Assembly (NCBI GenBank): GCA_963753345.1
Contig: CAVWBU010000023.1
Coordinates: 25,987 to 89,986 of the forward strand
Direction: 5' to 3'
Origin: an uncultured Fibrobacterota bacterium
GTDB taxonomy: Bacteria; Fibrobacterota; Chitinivibrionia; Chitinivibrionales; FEN-1185
Length of the DNA: 64,000 bases
The notes beneath the pieces are model-generated. The model did no database searches, was not told the origin of the DNA, and worked only from the letters and a program-made list of their open reading frames with translations. The position numbers and the translations under genes are program-made. Every line of letters begins with the position of its first letter. Position 1 is the stretch's first letter. Below, piece after piece: positions 41,188 through 51,290 of the stretch.

Positions 41188-43234
41188 GGACCATCGGATG
41201 CGTCTCTTTTGTAAAGTTCCCTTTCCCCGCCGGGCCGCAATCGCGGCCATTCTTGTTTTCTGTTGCCTGTCGTGTTCGCATCGCGCCCCGCGCGAGGTCC
41301 CTCGCGCCGTCAAGGGCGTCGTGGATCTCTCGGCATGGCGGTTCGATACCAATGGCCCGCTGCGTCTGGACGGCGATTGGGAATTTTATTGGGCACGGCT
41401 GGCCGGCCCCTCCGATCTCCTTGCGGACCGCGTTCCTGCACCGTCCCTTCGTCCGGTGCCGGGATTGTGGAACCGTCCCACCGCAGGGGCTCCGGCGTTC
41501 CCCGTGTACGGCTTCGCAACCTACTCGCTGCGGATCACCGGGCTGGAGCCGTCGACGCCCCTGGCTTTGTCGATTCCGGAGATGCATACCGCGTACCGCA
41601 TGTGGCTTGACACCATGGAAGTCGCGTCGAACGGCATCGTCGCCGCAGACCGCGCGCACGCCTCGCCTCAGTACCTTCCACAGACCATCACGGTCTTTCC
41701 GCAACGCCACGAGGCCCGGCTCATTGTGCAGGTCGCGAATTTCCACGGGCCCTCGGGAGGCATTCCCCGCAGCATCATTGCCGGAACGCAACAGCAGATG
41801 ATCGACCGCGCGCTCGACCAGCGGACATTCAATGTCTTCATGATCGGCGCGCTGCTCGTGATCGCACTGTACTTTGCGGGGCTGTATGCCATGGGCAAAA
41901 AGGAGCCCACCCTTCTTTTCCTTGGCATATTGGGGGCAGTGCTCATCGCCAAATCACTCGTGGTGGGCGACCGCCTCCTCGTACAGATCTTCCCCGCCTT
42001 TCCATGGGGACTGCTGCAGAAAATCGAAATCATCCCGATGTACCTCGGCGTGGCGGTCTATGCAAACCTCATATACGCGCTGTATCCCAAGGAGACGGGA
42101 CGGCGCATGTTCCTGCTGATCTTCTGGACCAGCATCGGCATGTCGGTCCTCATGATGGCCCTCCCGACCCAGGCGATGTTTGCGGCGCATTCGCCCGCTG
42201 AGTATCTGCGCTCCGCCGCCGCCCTTTACGGCGCCTACGCCCTGGTGCTTGCCATAATAAGAAAGCGCGACGGCGCCATCGCCATTGCCCTGGGGTTCCT
42301 CTTCCAGCTCGCCGCCATTATTCAAGACACGCTCAACGAAAAGAATATTTTCCAGACAATGTACCTGGCGCACGCGGGGCTCATCATCTTCAGCCTTTTT
42401 GCGGGCAGCGTGATCAACCGCCGGTTCATCCGGGCCGAGCAGCGGGCGCGCGAGCGCCAGGACGAGCTGGCCCACATCGAAAAACTCGCAACGATGGGCA
42501 CCGTGGTCGCCGGCGTGGCCCATGAGATCAACAACCCCAACAACTCCCTGCATCTCGACGCGCAAACGCAGCAGAAGGCCCTCGCCAGCCTCTTTACTGT
42601 CATTGACGAACGGGAGACTGATCTTGGGGACGCGAGGATCGGCGGCTACGACTATCGCGACCTCAAACAGGACATGCTGTCGGCTTCCGAGCGGATGATC
42701 CGCAACTCCCAGCGCATCACCCGCATCGTGTCCAATCTCCGCGCGCTGGGCAAGAAAGACGTGCCCATGGACGAAAACATCGACCTCAACACAACGACAC
42801 TTTCCGCTCTGGACGTTATTGACCACGTTGTCAAGCGGTCGACCCGCGCGCTCAGGCTGGAACTCGCGCAGGGAATTCCTTTTGTCAAGGGGAATACGCA
42901 GCATCTCGAGCAGGTCGTCATCAACCTCGTGCGCAATGCCTGCCAGGCGCTGCCCGACATTGACCGGGCGGTGACCATCACCACGTCCTTTGACGCGGCG
43001 CAACGCCGGGTTTCGCTTACGGTCGCCGATCAGGGATCGGGCATGGACGAGGTGGCACGCAAGAATGCCCTCACGCCCTTCTACACCACCAAGGGCGGAG
43101 AAGGGACCGGGCTGGGGCTTTCCATCTGCAAGAACATCGTTACCGCCCACGGCGGCACCATTTCCATTGACTCCGCACCCGGCAAAGGCACCAGCATTCG
43201 CATCACCCTGCCGGTGACTCCTGCGCACGTATAA
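41177..43234 (+). CDS. Sensor histidine kinase with an extracellular DISM-like domain and 7TM region
   Basis: LDGDWEFYW, GFATYSL, 7 TM segments, H-box GVAHEINNP, N-box NLVRNA, DQGSG and GTGLGL. Confidence 0.92.
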   Translation: MAPEDHRMRLFCKVPFPRRAAIAAILVFCCLSCSHRAPREVPRAVKGVVDLSAWRFDTNGPLRLDGDWEFYWARLAGPSDLLADRVPAPSLRPVPGLWNRPTAGAPAFPVYGFATYSLRITGLEPSTPLALSIPEMHTAYRMWLDTMEVASNGIVAADRAHASPQYLPQTITVFPQRHEARLIVQVANFHGPSGGIPRSIIAGTQQQMIDRALDQRTFNVFMIGALLVIALYFAGLYAMGKKEPTLLFLGILGAVLIAKSLVVGDRLLVQIFPAFPWGLLQKIEIIPMYLGVAVYANLIYALYPKETGRRMFLLIFWTSIGMSVLMMALPTQAMFAAHSPAEYLRSAAALYGAYALVLAIIRKRDGAIAIALGFLFQLAAIIQDTLNEKNIFQTMYLAHAGLIIFSLFAGSVINRRFIRAEQRARERQDELAHIEKLATMGTVVAGVAHEINNPNNSLHLDAQTQQKALASLFTVIDERETDLGDARIGGYDYRDLKQDMLSASERMIRNSQRITRIVSNLRALGKKDVPMDENIDLNTTTLSALDVIDHVVKRSTRALRLELAQGIPFVKGNTQHLEQVVINLVRNACQALPDIDRAVTITTSFDAAQRRVSLTVADQGSGMDEVARKNALTPFYTTKGGEGTGLGLSICKNIVTAHGGTISIDSAPGKGTSIRITLPVTPAHV

Positions 43235-43319
43235 GTGCGGCGCCGGGGCGCGTAACGCAGTGAAAAAATGGGTTCGAAAAGTGCGGTGGTTTTTTACTCG
43301 GGAGACGGCATTTTTCGCT

Positions 43320-44813
43320 CTACCTGACGTTCACCCATCGAAATATCTGCCGCTGTCCGGCCTCACCAGTGCTCACAATCAGATAGGTTCCCGATTTCAA
43401 AGCATGCAGTTTTTCCCGAATCAAGGCGGAAGAATTCTGCGCGCCGTTTATGCAGGCGAGTCGTTGCCCTGCCAGCGAATAAATGGCAATGTCCGAGTGC
43501 AGCGAACCCATGGAACCCGGCATGAAGTGCAATGCGGGTTTGTACGGGTTGATGACACCCTGGCCCGCACGCTCCCAAATCGTTTTTGCAAGCCATGTGG
43601 TGTCTTCCTGAAATCCAGCCGGAACATGAACCCAGAGGAATGGATTCTGAAAATCAACCCCTGAGGTGAATGAAGTATCGGTGCTTTCAATGAGTTTTAC
43701 ATAAAGAGAATCTTTGAGATCGATAAGATAAATTGACTCGCATTTGTCGGTTTGATTCCACGCGCCTCCGACAAACCATTCACGGTCTACACCAAGACCC
43801 GAAACTGCATAGTATGGATGGTTCGACCATTCTGGGTTGTGCCATTCCTTGCCGAATGCTTCACCAATCCCCTTTGTCGAGTCCACGGGAATAATGGTCC
43901 TCTCGGCAGGCATATTATACACCCTTAGATCTTCGGCGTCATACCGGGAAATAAAAAGAAGCTGATGCACTCCCCATGTCCCCAGAAGCGGCTGATAGCA
44001 CTTTGCGGCCGTGATGGGCGATGAAGAAAAATCGTAATACAACATTGTGTTCGTGAAAATCCGGCTTGCGGAACGCGAAGGGTTGCACGCGCCGACTGTT
44101 ACGAATGTGTCGGTATTTGTACCGTTTTTTTCCACCCGCATGGTGTGGATCGGCTGCGGCAGTCCGGTGCTGCCCTGCAGGTCGAGCATGAAGGCGTTTG
44201 GTCCGCCATCCCAAGCGGAATTCAAATACCGGTTGTCCCACGAAAGCCCGCCATAGTAGCTCCCTCCGCTAAAAACAACTTCCGCAGACCCCGGGACTTT
44301 GTTGACGATTTTCTTTCTTAACGTTTGACCGCCTGCATAACAGAGCTGTTGGGGGCATGCAACGCTCGTGGCATAGATGATTTCCGGCGTATCGGCAGAG
44401 GTATTTTGCACGAATCGAGGGACGTACGCGGTGTCCGCCACTTTAACCGGCGTTCCGGAAACCGCCAGCTCACGAACCCAGGCGGTTGCCGCGGCCGTGG
44501 ATGGCCCTTCGGCATCTGTACCAGCCTGGTAGGCAATCCAATTGCCATCCGAAGAGATGACTGGTAAATATGCAGGCACGGTGAGGTTCATTTTCGAAAT
44601 TTGCGGGGTGGTCGCGGAGAAGTCGACAAAGTAAAGGGAGTCCTGGCATGTAAAAACGATCTTGACGTTTGCGGTGCCGCACATGGCGGCAAGCTGGCTT
44701 GGGGAGGCCGTTATCCGGGCCTTGATTTGCGCATGAGAATACGTGATACAACAAACAAGCGCTGTGATGAAAAGGCACTTACCGGGAAGTTGAAAACTTG
44801 TTTTTCTTTTCAT
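43320..44813 (-). CDS. Secreted TIGR02171-like (Fibrobacter paralogous family) propeller protein with a T9SS-like tail
   Basis: YFVDF...LPVISSDGNWIAY...VPRFV...GSYYGGLSWD...ACNPS...HQLLFI...PEWSNHP follows the motif order I recall for that family. Confidence 0.65.
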   Translation of the reverse strand: MKRKTSFQLPGKCLFITALVCCITYSHAQIKARITASPSQLAAMCGTANVKIVFTCQDSLYFVDFSATTPQISKMNLTVPAYLPVISSDGNWIAYQAGTDAEGPSTAAATAWVRELAVSGTPVKVADTAYVPRFVQNTSADTPEIIYATSVACPQQLCYAGGQTLRKKIVNKVPGSAEVVFSGGSYYGGLSWDNRYLNSAWDGGPNAFMLDLQGSTGLPQPIHTMRVEKNGTNTDTFVTVGACNPSRSASRIFTNTMLYYDFSSSPITAAKCYQPLLGTWGVHQLLFISRYDAEDLRVYNMPAERTIIPVDSTKGIGEAFGKEWHNPEWSNHPYYAVSGLGVDREWFVGGAWNQTDKCESIYLIDLKDSLYVKLIESTDTSFTSGVDFQNPFLWVHVPAGFQEDTTWLAKTIWERAGQGVINPYKPALHFMPGSMGSLHSDIAIYSLAGQRLACINGAQNSSALIREKLHALKSGTYLIVSTGEAGQRQIFRWVNVR

Positions 44814-44838
44814 TGCATTGGTTCATTCATGTTTTTAT

Positions 44839-46107
44839 CTACGGATTTTTGATCCGGAAATAGCAATCCGAGTAATCCAGGATTCCGGGACTGTTGTAAT
44901 TGGAGATTTCAATCAAGCATGAATCGGTTACGCTGCTGACCATGGTTTGGCCCTGTTGCAGGGAATCGGGAATAGTAAAGATCAACGTATCGACAGCGGA
45001 GTTTCCCTGCAGGTATTTAGCCAATGGGCCGGACGGCGGCATCAATTCGTACCGCCCGATAATGATAGTAAACATTGCTGAACCCGAAAGGTTTGACGCT
45101 ACTAACACCGTACACTGCTGGCCGACATGAAACGTCTCACCGCCGTTGGGAGAAATGATCCGGTACACCGTATCAGACGGATCCGGAGGATCAGGACAAC
45201 CAGTTGTCGTCACCGTGAGCCTAGCTGATGTTGACGTCACGCTCCCTTGCGAGTTGGTGACAACCACGTCATAGACGCCGGAGTCGGGAAACGTAACGGA
45301 ACCAATGGTATAATTTGCGTTTGTCGCGCCGATAATGTTCACGCCGGCCTTGCGCCATTGGCAGGTGGGCGCAGGATTGCCGGTAGCGACAACTGTAAAG
45401 GTTGCAGACTGGCCAGCGGTGACTGTCTGCGACGCCGGCTGCTTGCTGATGGCAGGCAGGGTGAGGACGGGATTGACCGTAAGCGTTGCGCCCGCCGATG
45501 TCACGCTCCCCTGACTGTTCGTTACAATCACATCGTAGGTTCCGGCATCGGTGAGCGCGACCGATGTGATGATATAGCTTGCGTTCGTCGCGCCGGCTAT
45601 GGCAGCTCCGTTCTTGCGCCATTGGTACGTGGGCACGGGATTCCCGGAGGCGACAACAGAAAAAGTGTCGGCCTGGCCAACAAGCTTTGCCTGCGACACC
45701 GGTTGCGTGGAAATGGTGGGTAGCGTAAGCGCGGAATTGACGGTGAGCGTCGCACCCGTGGATGTTACACTCCCCTGCGAGTTAGTGACGACCACGTCGT
45801 AAGTTCCGGCATCGGTGAGGGCAAGAGCGGCGATGATATAGATCGCATTCGTGGCACCGTTTATGGGAGTGCCGTTCTTTTGCCATTGATATGTGGGACT
45901 TGGATTGCCAGTGACAACGACTGACAGCGTCTCAGGTTGGCCGGCGTATTTTGTCTGCGACATCGGCTGCGTGGTGATTGCAGGGGCCGACACTGGATTC
46001 GTAGGCGTTTTGTTGCAGCAGCAAAAAATGCTCAGCAGAAAAACACCGGCAAAAATGAGGCGCCGGCTCGCGGCGCCCGTTATGGAGGCAAAAATATTGC
46101 TTGACAT
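44839..46107 (-). CDS. Lipoprotein with three Ig-like domains and a C-terminal SPNGGE domain (cassette gene B2)
   Basis: IFCCCNK lipobox; three P.I..QP.SQ...GNP.PT.QW.K repeats; YRIISPNGGETF. Confidence 0.85.
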   Translation of the reverse strand: MSSNIFASITGAASRRLIFAGVFLLSIFCCCNKTPTNPVSAPAITTQPMSQTKYAGQPETLSVVVTGNPSPTYQWQKNGTPINGATNAIYIIAALALTDAGTYDVVVTNSQGSVTSTGATLTVNSALTLPTISTQPVSQAKLVGQADTFSVVASGNPVPTYQWRKNGAAIAGATNASYIITSVALTDAGTYDVIVTNSQGSVTSAGATLTVNPVLTLPAISKQPASQTVTAGQSATFTVVATGNPAPTCQWRKAGVNIIGATNANYTIGSVTFPDSGVYDVVVTNSQGSVTSTSARLTVTTTGCPDPPDPSDTVYRIISPNGGETFHVGQQCTVLVASNLSGSAMFTIIIGRYELMPPSGPLAKYLQGNSAVDTLIFTIPDSLQQGQTMVSSVTDSCLIEISNYNSPGILDYSDCYFRIKNP

Positions 46108-46150
46108 GAAGATACCCCTGAACGGAAAAGGTGATACGCGGTTAAATAAT

Positions 46151-46190
46151 CCCACAGCACGCTTTGAGGAACGCGCTCGCTGTGGGATTC
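46151..46190. repeat. Intergenic hairpin (cccacagc...gcgctcgctgtggg)
   Basis: Homologous to 48641-48679 and to the end of the 56031 element. Confidence 0.65.
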
Positions 46191-46194
46191 GTCA

Positions 46195-47607
46195 TCAACG
46201 GCTGACTACAAAGCGCGTCATGATTCCGTTCCGGTCCACGGCATAATAAACGCCCGGGGTAAGTTTTGGCGCTGCAGCGGAAATCACCTCAATACGGCGA
46301 CCTCTGATATCAAACATATAGCGGCCTTGCGATGGAACGCCGCGATACTCCAGACGGTTTTCATGCAGCGGCGTAATGGTGCCAACGCTGGTCGGATCGA
46401 TCCATACGGCCGGAAAATCCAGAAGCGTACTGTGACTCAACGGAGCCAGCGGCCTTAAAATTCTGGTCCACGTATTGGTAGGATAATGAACGAGCCAAAT
46501 TGAGCCTGTATCAGGTGTTATTTTGCGGATAGCCTGATTCAACGAATCAGGGGTTATATACCAGTTGGCCATAACCAGGCTTCCAACGATGTATTCGTTA
46601 TTATTAGTAAAACTCCAACGTCCAAAATCAGCCCCGAAATCGCTGGTTTTAGGATTCCCGTCAACAGTATCGTTAGGAAGGAAATTAAAATATTGTTTAG
46701 GCGCCCAGTTTACACTGACAGCTTCCGTCTTTACAAGGGTAGCAATCCATGGGACAGGGGTAGCACTTTGTTCTTGAAATGGGACCAGCGTGAGCGAATG
46801 GTGACGAAAATTGCAAGTTTGATCCGCCAGGCAGAGACACCACTGTGCATACCCGGAATTGTAGCCTCCAATAGCTCCGTCATGAGATAGTACACACATA
46901 CAACCAGCCGTCTGCTGCGTGGTCGGCACCCATAAATTGGCATCGGTAGCATTGCCGGTCGCGGGAATAGTAGCCATATGGGGACAGTCACCGCCACCGG
47001 TATTTATTCGTGCAAAAAAATGGTTGGCTGCAAGTCCAAAAGTAAACGATATCTGGCCGCCAAAATGAGCGACCAGGCGATCGGTACCAAAGGTAGGCGC
47101 CGCATTGGCGCTGAATGTTACGGGAACTGCATGCACATCTGCATCACCGCTGGCCCTATAGGCAACTTGCACTAGTTTATTAGTAGGAGTGCTTCCCGGG
47201 GCATTATACCAGAACGAACAAACACCAAAGCCGGGGCCTGGGCCGCCACCGAGGCTCACAACAGGCACCTGTGTTTTAAACTGACCGTCAATACGGATGA
47301 TGTAAAGCTTACTGTTCCCATAATAGAGGACCCACTGTCCATCTTCAGTTATCGCGGGGCTGGCACAAAAGCCATCACCCACAGTGTTTGGAATAGGCGT
47401 TGCATTAAGCGACCCTAATGGGGCGGTTACCATACCAGCCCCGGTAACAAAGCAAGAAACTACCGTTCCTTTCACGGGAAGAACGTAACCGGAATCCACA
47501 TACTTCGTGATATTTACCTTGTGGACAAATGCCGGACACTGCGCCGAAGCCATGCCGACGCACACAAGAAAAGCCGCCGCTACCTGAAACAAGTAAATAC
47601 GCCTCAT
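46195..47607 (-). CDS. Secreted Cys-rich propeller-like protein with a T9SS-like tail (cassette gene A2)
   Basis: Signal peptide, ITEDGQWVL, a Cys cluster and tail FDIRGRRI. Paralog of 48681-50066. Confidence 0.8.
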   Translation of the reverse strand: MRRIYLFQVAAAFLVCVGMASAQCPAFVHKVNITKYVDSGYVLPVKGTVVSCFVTGAGMVTAPLGSLNATPIPNTVGDGFCASPAITEDGQWVLYYGNSKLYIIRIDGQFKTQVPVVSLGGGPGPGFGVCSFWYNAPGSTPTNKLVQVAYRASGDADVHAVPVTFSANAAPTFGTDRLVAHFGGQISFTFGLAANHFFARINTGGGDCPHMATIPATGNATDANLWVPTTQQTAGCMCVLSHDGAIGGYNSGYAQWCLCLADQTCNFRHHSLTLVPFQEQSATPVPWIATLVKTEAVSVNWAPKQYFNFLPNDTVDGNPKTSDFGADFGRWSFTNNNEYIVGSLVMANWYITPDSLNQAIRKITPDTGSIWLVHYPTNTWTRILRPLAPLSHSTLLDFPAVWIDPTSVGTITPLHENRLEYRGVPSQGRYMFDIRGRRIEVISAAAPKLTPGVYYAVDRNGIMTRFVVSR

Positions 47608-47849
47608 ATCTGTCCCCCCCTTCACTTTTGTTAAGCGGTTTACTATCAAACCATTACCTTAAATACTCCATTCCCGACCTTTCAACTGTTTCGCCCCTCT
47701 TGCTCACGGATGATAAATATAACCACGATTTATGCATTAGGCTATCAAATTCTCAGAATCTATACTCTACTCTTGCAGAAAAATTCTCAACGAAACCTCA
47801 AGCACTGCGTTTGGCCGCGACTTTCTTCCGGTTCATCGCTGTTTTTCGC

Positions 47850-48596
47850 CTACGGATTCTCGATCCGAAAATAGCAATCCGAGTAATCCAGGATTCCCTC
47901 ATCGGTGTACTTGTTGATTTCAAGCAAGCATGAATCGGTGACGCTGCTGACATTTCCCCCGCCAAGTTGCGTTAAGGAATCGGGAATTGTAAAAATTATA
48001 GTGTCGACAGCGGAGTTTCCCTGCATGTATTGACTTAATGGGCCGGACGGCGGGAACAAAGTGTACCGCCCGATAACGATATTGAGCAGTGCCGAACCCG
48101 AAAGCTTGGACATTACTCTCACCGTGCACTGGTCGCCGACATGAAACGTTTCACCGCCATTCGGAGAAATGATCCGGTACACAGTATCAAGCGCATCCGG
48201 AGGATGAGGACATCCAGTTGTCACCATGAGAGTAGCGCCTGTAGACGCTACACTCCCTTGGCTGTTCGCTACGACCACGTCGTAGGTTGCGGCATCGGTG
48301 AGCGCGACCGAAGGGATGATATAGCTCGCGTTCGTGGCACCGGTTATGGCGGTCCCGTTCTTTCGCCACTGGTACGTGGGTGCAGGATTGCCGCTGGTGA
48401 CAACCGCAAAGGCCACGGATTGGCCAACGGTTATTGTCTGCGACGCCGGCTGCGTGGTGATGGTAGGGGCCGAAACCGGATTCGTAGGAGTCTTGTTGCA
48501 GCAGCAAAAAATGCTAATCAGAAAAACACTGGACAAAAGCGCGAGTCGGCAATAACGCCGGCTCGCGACATCTGCAACAAAAACATTGTTTGACAT
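47850..48596 (-). CDS. Lipoprotein with one Ig-like domain and an SPNGGE domain (cassette gene B1)
   Basis: Near-identical segments to B2, including the IFCCCNKTPTNPVSAP start. Confidence 0.85.
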   Translation of the reverse strand: MSNNVFVADVASRRYCRLALLSSVFLISIFCCCNKTPTNPVSAPTITTQPASQTITVGQSVAFAVVTSGNPAPTYQWRKNGTAITGATNASYIIPSVALTDAATYDVVVANSQGSVASTGATLMVTTGCPHPPDALDTVYRIISPNGGETFHVGDQCTVRVMSKLSGSALLNIVIGRYTLFPPSGPLSQYMQGNSAVDTIIFTIPDSLTQLGGGNVSSVTDSCLLEINKYTDEGILDYSDCYFRIENP

Positions 48597-48640
48597 GAAG
48601 AAGCCCCAGAACGGAAAAGGTGATGCGCGATTGAACAACC

Positions 48641-48679
48641 CCACAGCAGGCATTGAGGAGCGCGCTCGCTGTGGGATTC
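48641..48679. repeat. Intergenic hairpin, second copy
   Basis: ccacagcaggcattgaggagcgcgctcgctgtgggattc. Confidence 0.65.
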
Positions 48680-48680
48680 C

Positions 48681-50066
48681 CTATTGATGGCTGACTAGAA
48701 TGCGCTGGCAGCTTCCGTCCGGAGCTATGCTATAATAAACACCCGGCAAAAGTTTCGACACCGTTCGATCATTTGGCATAATACGGCCTCTGATATCAAC
48801 CAGATATTTGCTGCCCTGCAACGGAACGCCGCGATACTCCAGACGATTCCCGTGCAGCGGTGTTATAACATTGGAACCGGGGTGGTATGAGGTATCGATC
48901 CAGACTGCAGGAAAGGATAGGAGCGTATTCCTGCCCACCGGGGTCAGCGGTTTGAGAATCCTATACCAGGTGTTGTCGGGGTAGTGAACAAGAAATATGG
49001 AGCCCGAGTCCGACATATCACTATCGAGAGGCGTTTGGCTATTTGGAAGTGCATTTCCATCACCTGCGATGTAGTTGGTGTCGTTAGTGTAACACCAGCC
49101 TTTGAAATCCGACCAGAAATTACTGGAAATAGCATTTTCACCAATAGAATCATTTAGAGTATACAAAAATTTATGGGGCGCCCAGTTTATACTGGCGGCC
49201 TTGGTCTGCAGTAAAGTGAGCCAAGCCATCGAAGGCGCGGTCGTTTCCTGAAAAGGGAGCAGCGCGAAGGATTTATGCCGCAGCAGGCAGAATTCATCCG
49301 CTATGCAGCCGCACCATTGCTCGTATCCCGGATTATAGCAGCAGAGGCGGCCGTCATGCGACATCGTGCACTTGCAGCCTATTTGCGGATAGGTGGTGGG
49401 CACCCAGAAATTGGCGGAGGTGGCCACACCTGTGGCGGGAATGGTAACCATTTTCGGACCGTCATGCGCATCGCTTATTCTGGTAAAAAAATGATTGTAG
49501 GCGCAACCCATGGAAAACTGGCACACCGCGCCGCAGTTGATGATTTCACGGTCGGTGCCGAACGTGGGAGCGGCATTTGCTGAAAAGGTGACGGGGATTG
49601 AATGTATATCACTGTCGGAGAATCTATAGACAATTTCCAGTTTGCCGCTGGGAGCATGCCACCAAAAGGTGCAACAGCCCTCGCTTCCGCTGGAGGTTAC
49701 CGGCACTTTTGTCTTGAACTGCCCGTCAATGCGGATAAGGTAGGGCCCGCCCGAGTTGAAAAGCACCCATTGTCCATCTTCGGTTATCTGGGTACTGTTA
49801 ATACCCATGCCCGCGGTGTTTGGAATAAGCGTTGGAGTGACCACTGCAGGGGTCGCACCTAATGGAGCAGTGTAAATTCCAGAATTCCCATACGTCAACC
49901 CAGTGACAACCGTCCCTTTGAAGGGAAGAACGACCCCGGGGGAATCCGGATATATTAGAACAGCCGTCTTGTGGACAAACGGTGTGCATGGAACAGAAGC
50001 CGCTGAAGCCGTGCCGACGCACACAAGAAAAGCCGCCGCCAACCGACACATGTAAATCCGGCTCAT
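48681..50066 (-). CDS. Secreted Cys-rich propeller-like protein with a T9SS-like tail (cassette gene A1)
   Basis: Paralog of A2: shared ITEDGQWVL, IRIDGQFKT, PVTFSANAAPTFGTDR, SHDG, NWAP and FPAVWID. Confidence 0.8.
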   Translation of the reverse strand: MSRIYMCRLAAAFLVCVGTASAASVPCTPFVHKTAVLIYPDSPGVVLPFKGTVVTGLTYGNSGIYTAPLGATPAVVTPTLIPNTAGMGINSTQITEDGQWVLFNSGGPYLIRIDGQFKTKVPVTSSGSEGCCTFWWHAPSGKLEIVYRFSDSDIHSIPVTFSANAAPTFGTDREIINCGAVCQFSMGCAYNHFFTRISDAHDGPKMVTIPATGVATSANFWVPTTYPQIGCKCTMSHDGRLCCYNPGYEQWCGCIADEFCLLRHKSFALLPFQETTAPSMAWLTLLQTKAASINWAPHKFLYTLNDSIGENAISSNFWSDFKGWCYTNDTNYIAGDGNALPNSQTPLDSDMSDSGSIFLVHYPDNTWYRILKPLTPVGRNTLLSFPAVWIDTSYHPGSNVITPLHGNRLEYRGVPLQGSKYLVDIRGRIMPNDRTVSKLLPGVYYSIAPDGSCQRILVSHQ

Positions 50067-50318
50067 GTCTGTTCCCCCCCTTCGCTTATTTAATCGGTTT
50101 ACTGCCGAGCCATTTCCATAACCGTCCTTAAAAGATACCCTTTCCGACCTTTCAACTTAACCCCACCCCTATAAAATTGGGCAGCCTAAATATAATACAT
50201 ATTATAAGGAAATTTGCCGGGAAAAGTGAAAAGAAACGTGCTTGCGAGAAATGTTTTCGAAGGTTCAATCGCAGGAAAACGCATGGGAACGGTGGGGATG
50301 TAAAACGGTTATCCACCA

Positions 50319-51173
50319 TCACAATGAAGGACAGTAGCAATCTTCTTCGGAAGATCGAATTGCTTCGGGCTCGTTCTGTTTCCCCCACACCAGCAGATGC
50401 TTGAGCCTGTTGGCAAACTCGGTCGACCCGTCTTCCTCGGCGCACTGGGCAAAAGCAAGGGTAATGACAGCGCCGACTCCGAGTTCGGGAATCATACGAG
50501 GCCCGCCGAACAGGTTGTTCTTGAGCCGCGCGGCCAGTTCCATTGCTTCCCGTGCATTGGTGTTCGGAAGAATGAGCAGAAGCAGGTTCTCGGTGTGCCG
50601 CGCAAGAACATCAACCGCCCGCACTGACCTCCGTATCATCCTTGCGACAATGTCGGTCACTTTTTCCCTCACCTGAAGGGAGACCAACGTCCCGTCGGCC
50701 GCATATATGTCCACGTCGAACATGATCGCCGAAAGCGCGTGCTTGTACCGACGGGCACGCAGCGTCTCCTCTCTGAGCCGCTCCATAGGCACGCCGGAAA
50801 TCTCGATCTGCCGGCCGTTGTGATGAACCATCCGAACCGAAGAGCCGGCGCCGGAGCCGACGCCGAGCTGGTCGTAATAGTCAATTGCCGCAGTCCTCAC
50901 ATTAACGACGCGGGACAGTCTCGATTCCATGCGCCGCTTATGTTCCAGGATCTTTTTCCACTGAAGACGCGCCTTTTCCTCGGGAACAACAACCGAGGAA
51001 AGCGCCTTCACAAGGAAACTGAACGGACTGGAAGCCGAGCCTTTTGCGCCGCGAAGCAGTTCCTGAACAAGCGAAAACGACCGAGGATCGCCATGTTCCA
51101 GGGGTTTGCGGACAAGTTCTTCGTAACCTTCAAATTCAACGGATGATTCGGATGACTGTGGTGCGGGACGCAT
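50319..51173 (-). CDS. Degenerate GGDEF-domain protein (RxxD I-site kept)
   Basis: LSAIMFDVD...SVRAVDVLARHTENLLLLILPNT; HTENL sits at the GG(D/E)EF position. Confidence 0.8.
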   Translation of the reverse strand: MRPAPQSSESSVEFEGYEELVRKPLEHGDPRSFSLVQELLRGAKGSASSPFSFLVKALSSVVVPEEKARLQWKKILEHKRRMESRLSRVVNVRTAAIDYYDQLGVGSGAGSSVRMVHHNGRQIEISGVPMERLREETLRARRYKHALSAIMFDVDIYAADGTLVSLQVREKVTDIVARMIRRSVRAVDVLARHTENLLLLILPNTNAREAMELAARLKNNLFGGPRMIPELGVGAVITLAFAQCAEEDGSTEFANRLKHLLVWGKQNEPEAIRSSEEDCYCPSL

Positions 51174-51290
51174 GTTTTTCCTTCCGATCTGCTGGTTTCC
51201 GGAAACAAGTATTGACTCTATGAAAACATCATAAAGTCAACTTCAACACCTGTGCGGCTCGCCGGTATTGTTGTACCGCAGCCGTTGGGG

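Noticed and set aside
8514-43228. Long antisense ORFs (e.g. 8514-9905, 31015-32277, 39751-41352, 41954-43228)
   Set aside because: These are shadows of GC-rich genes on the other strand and show no motifs.
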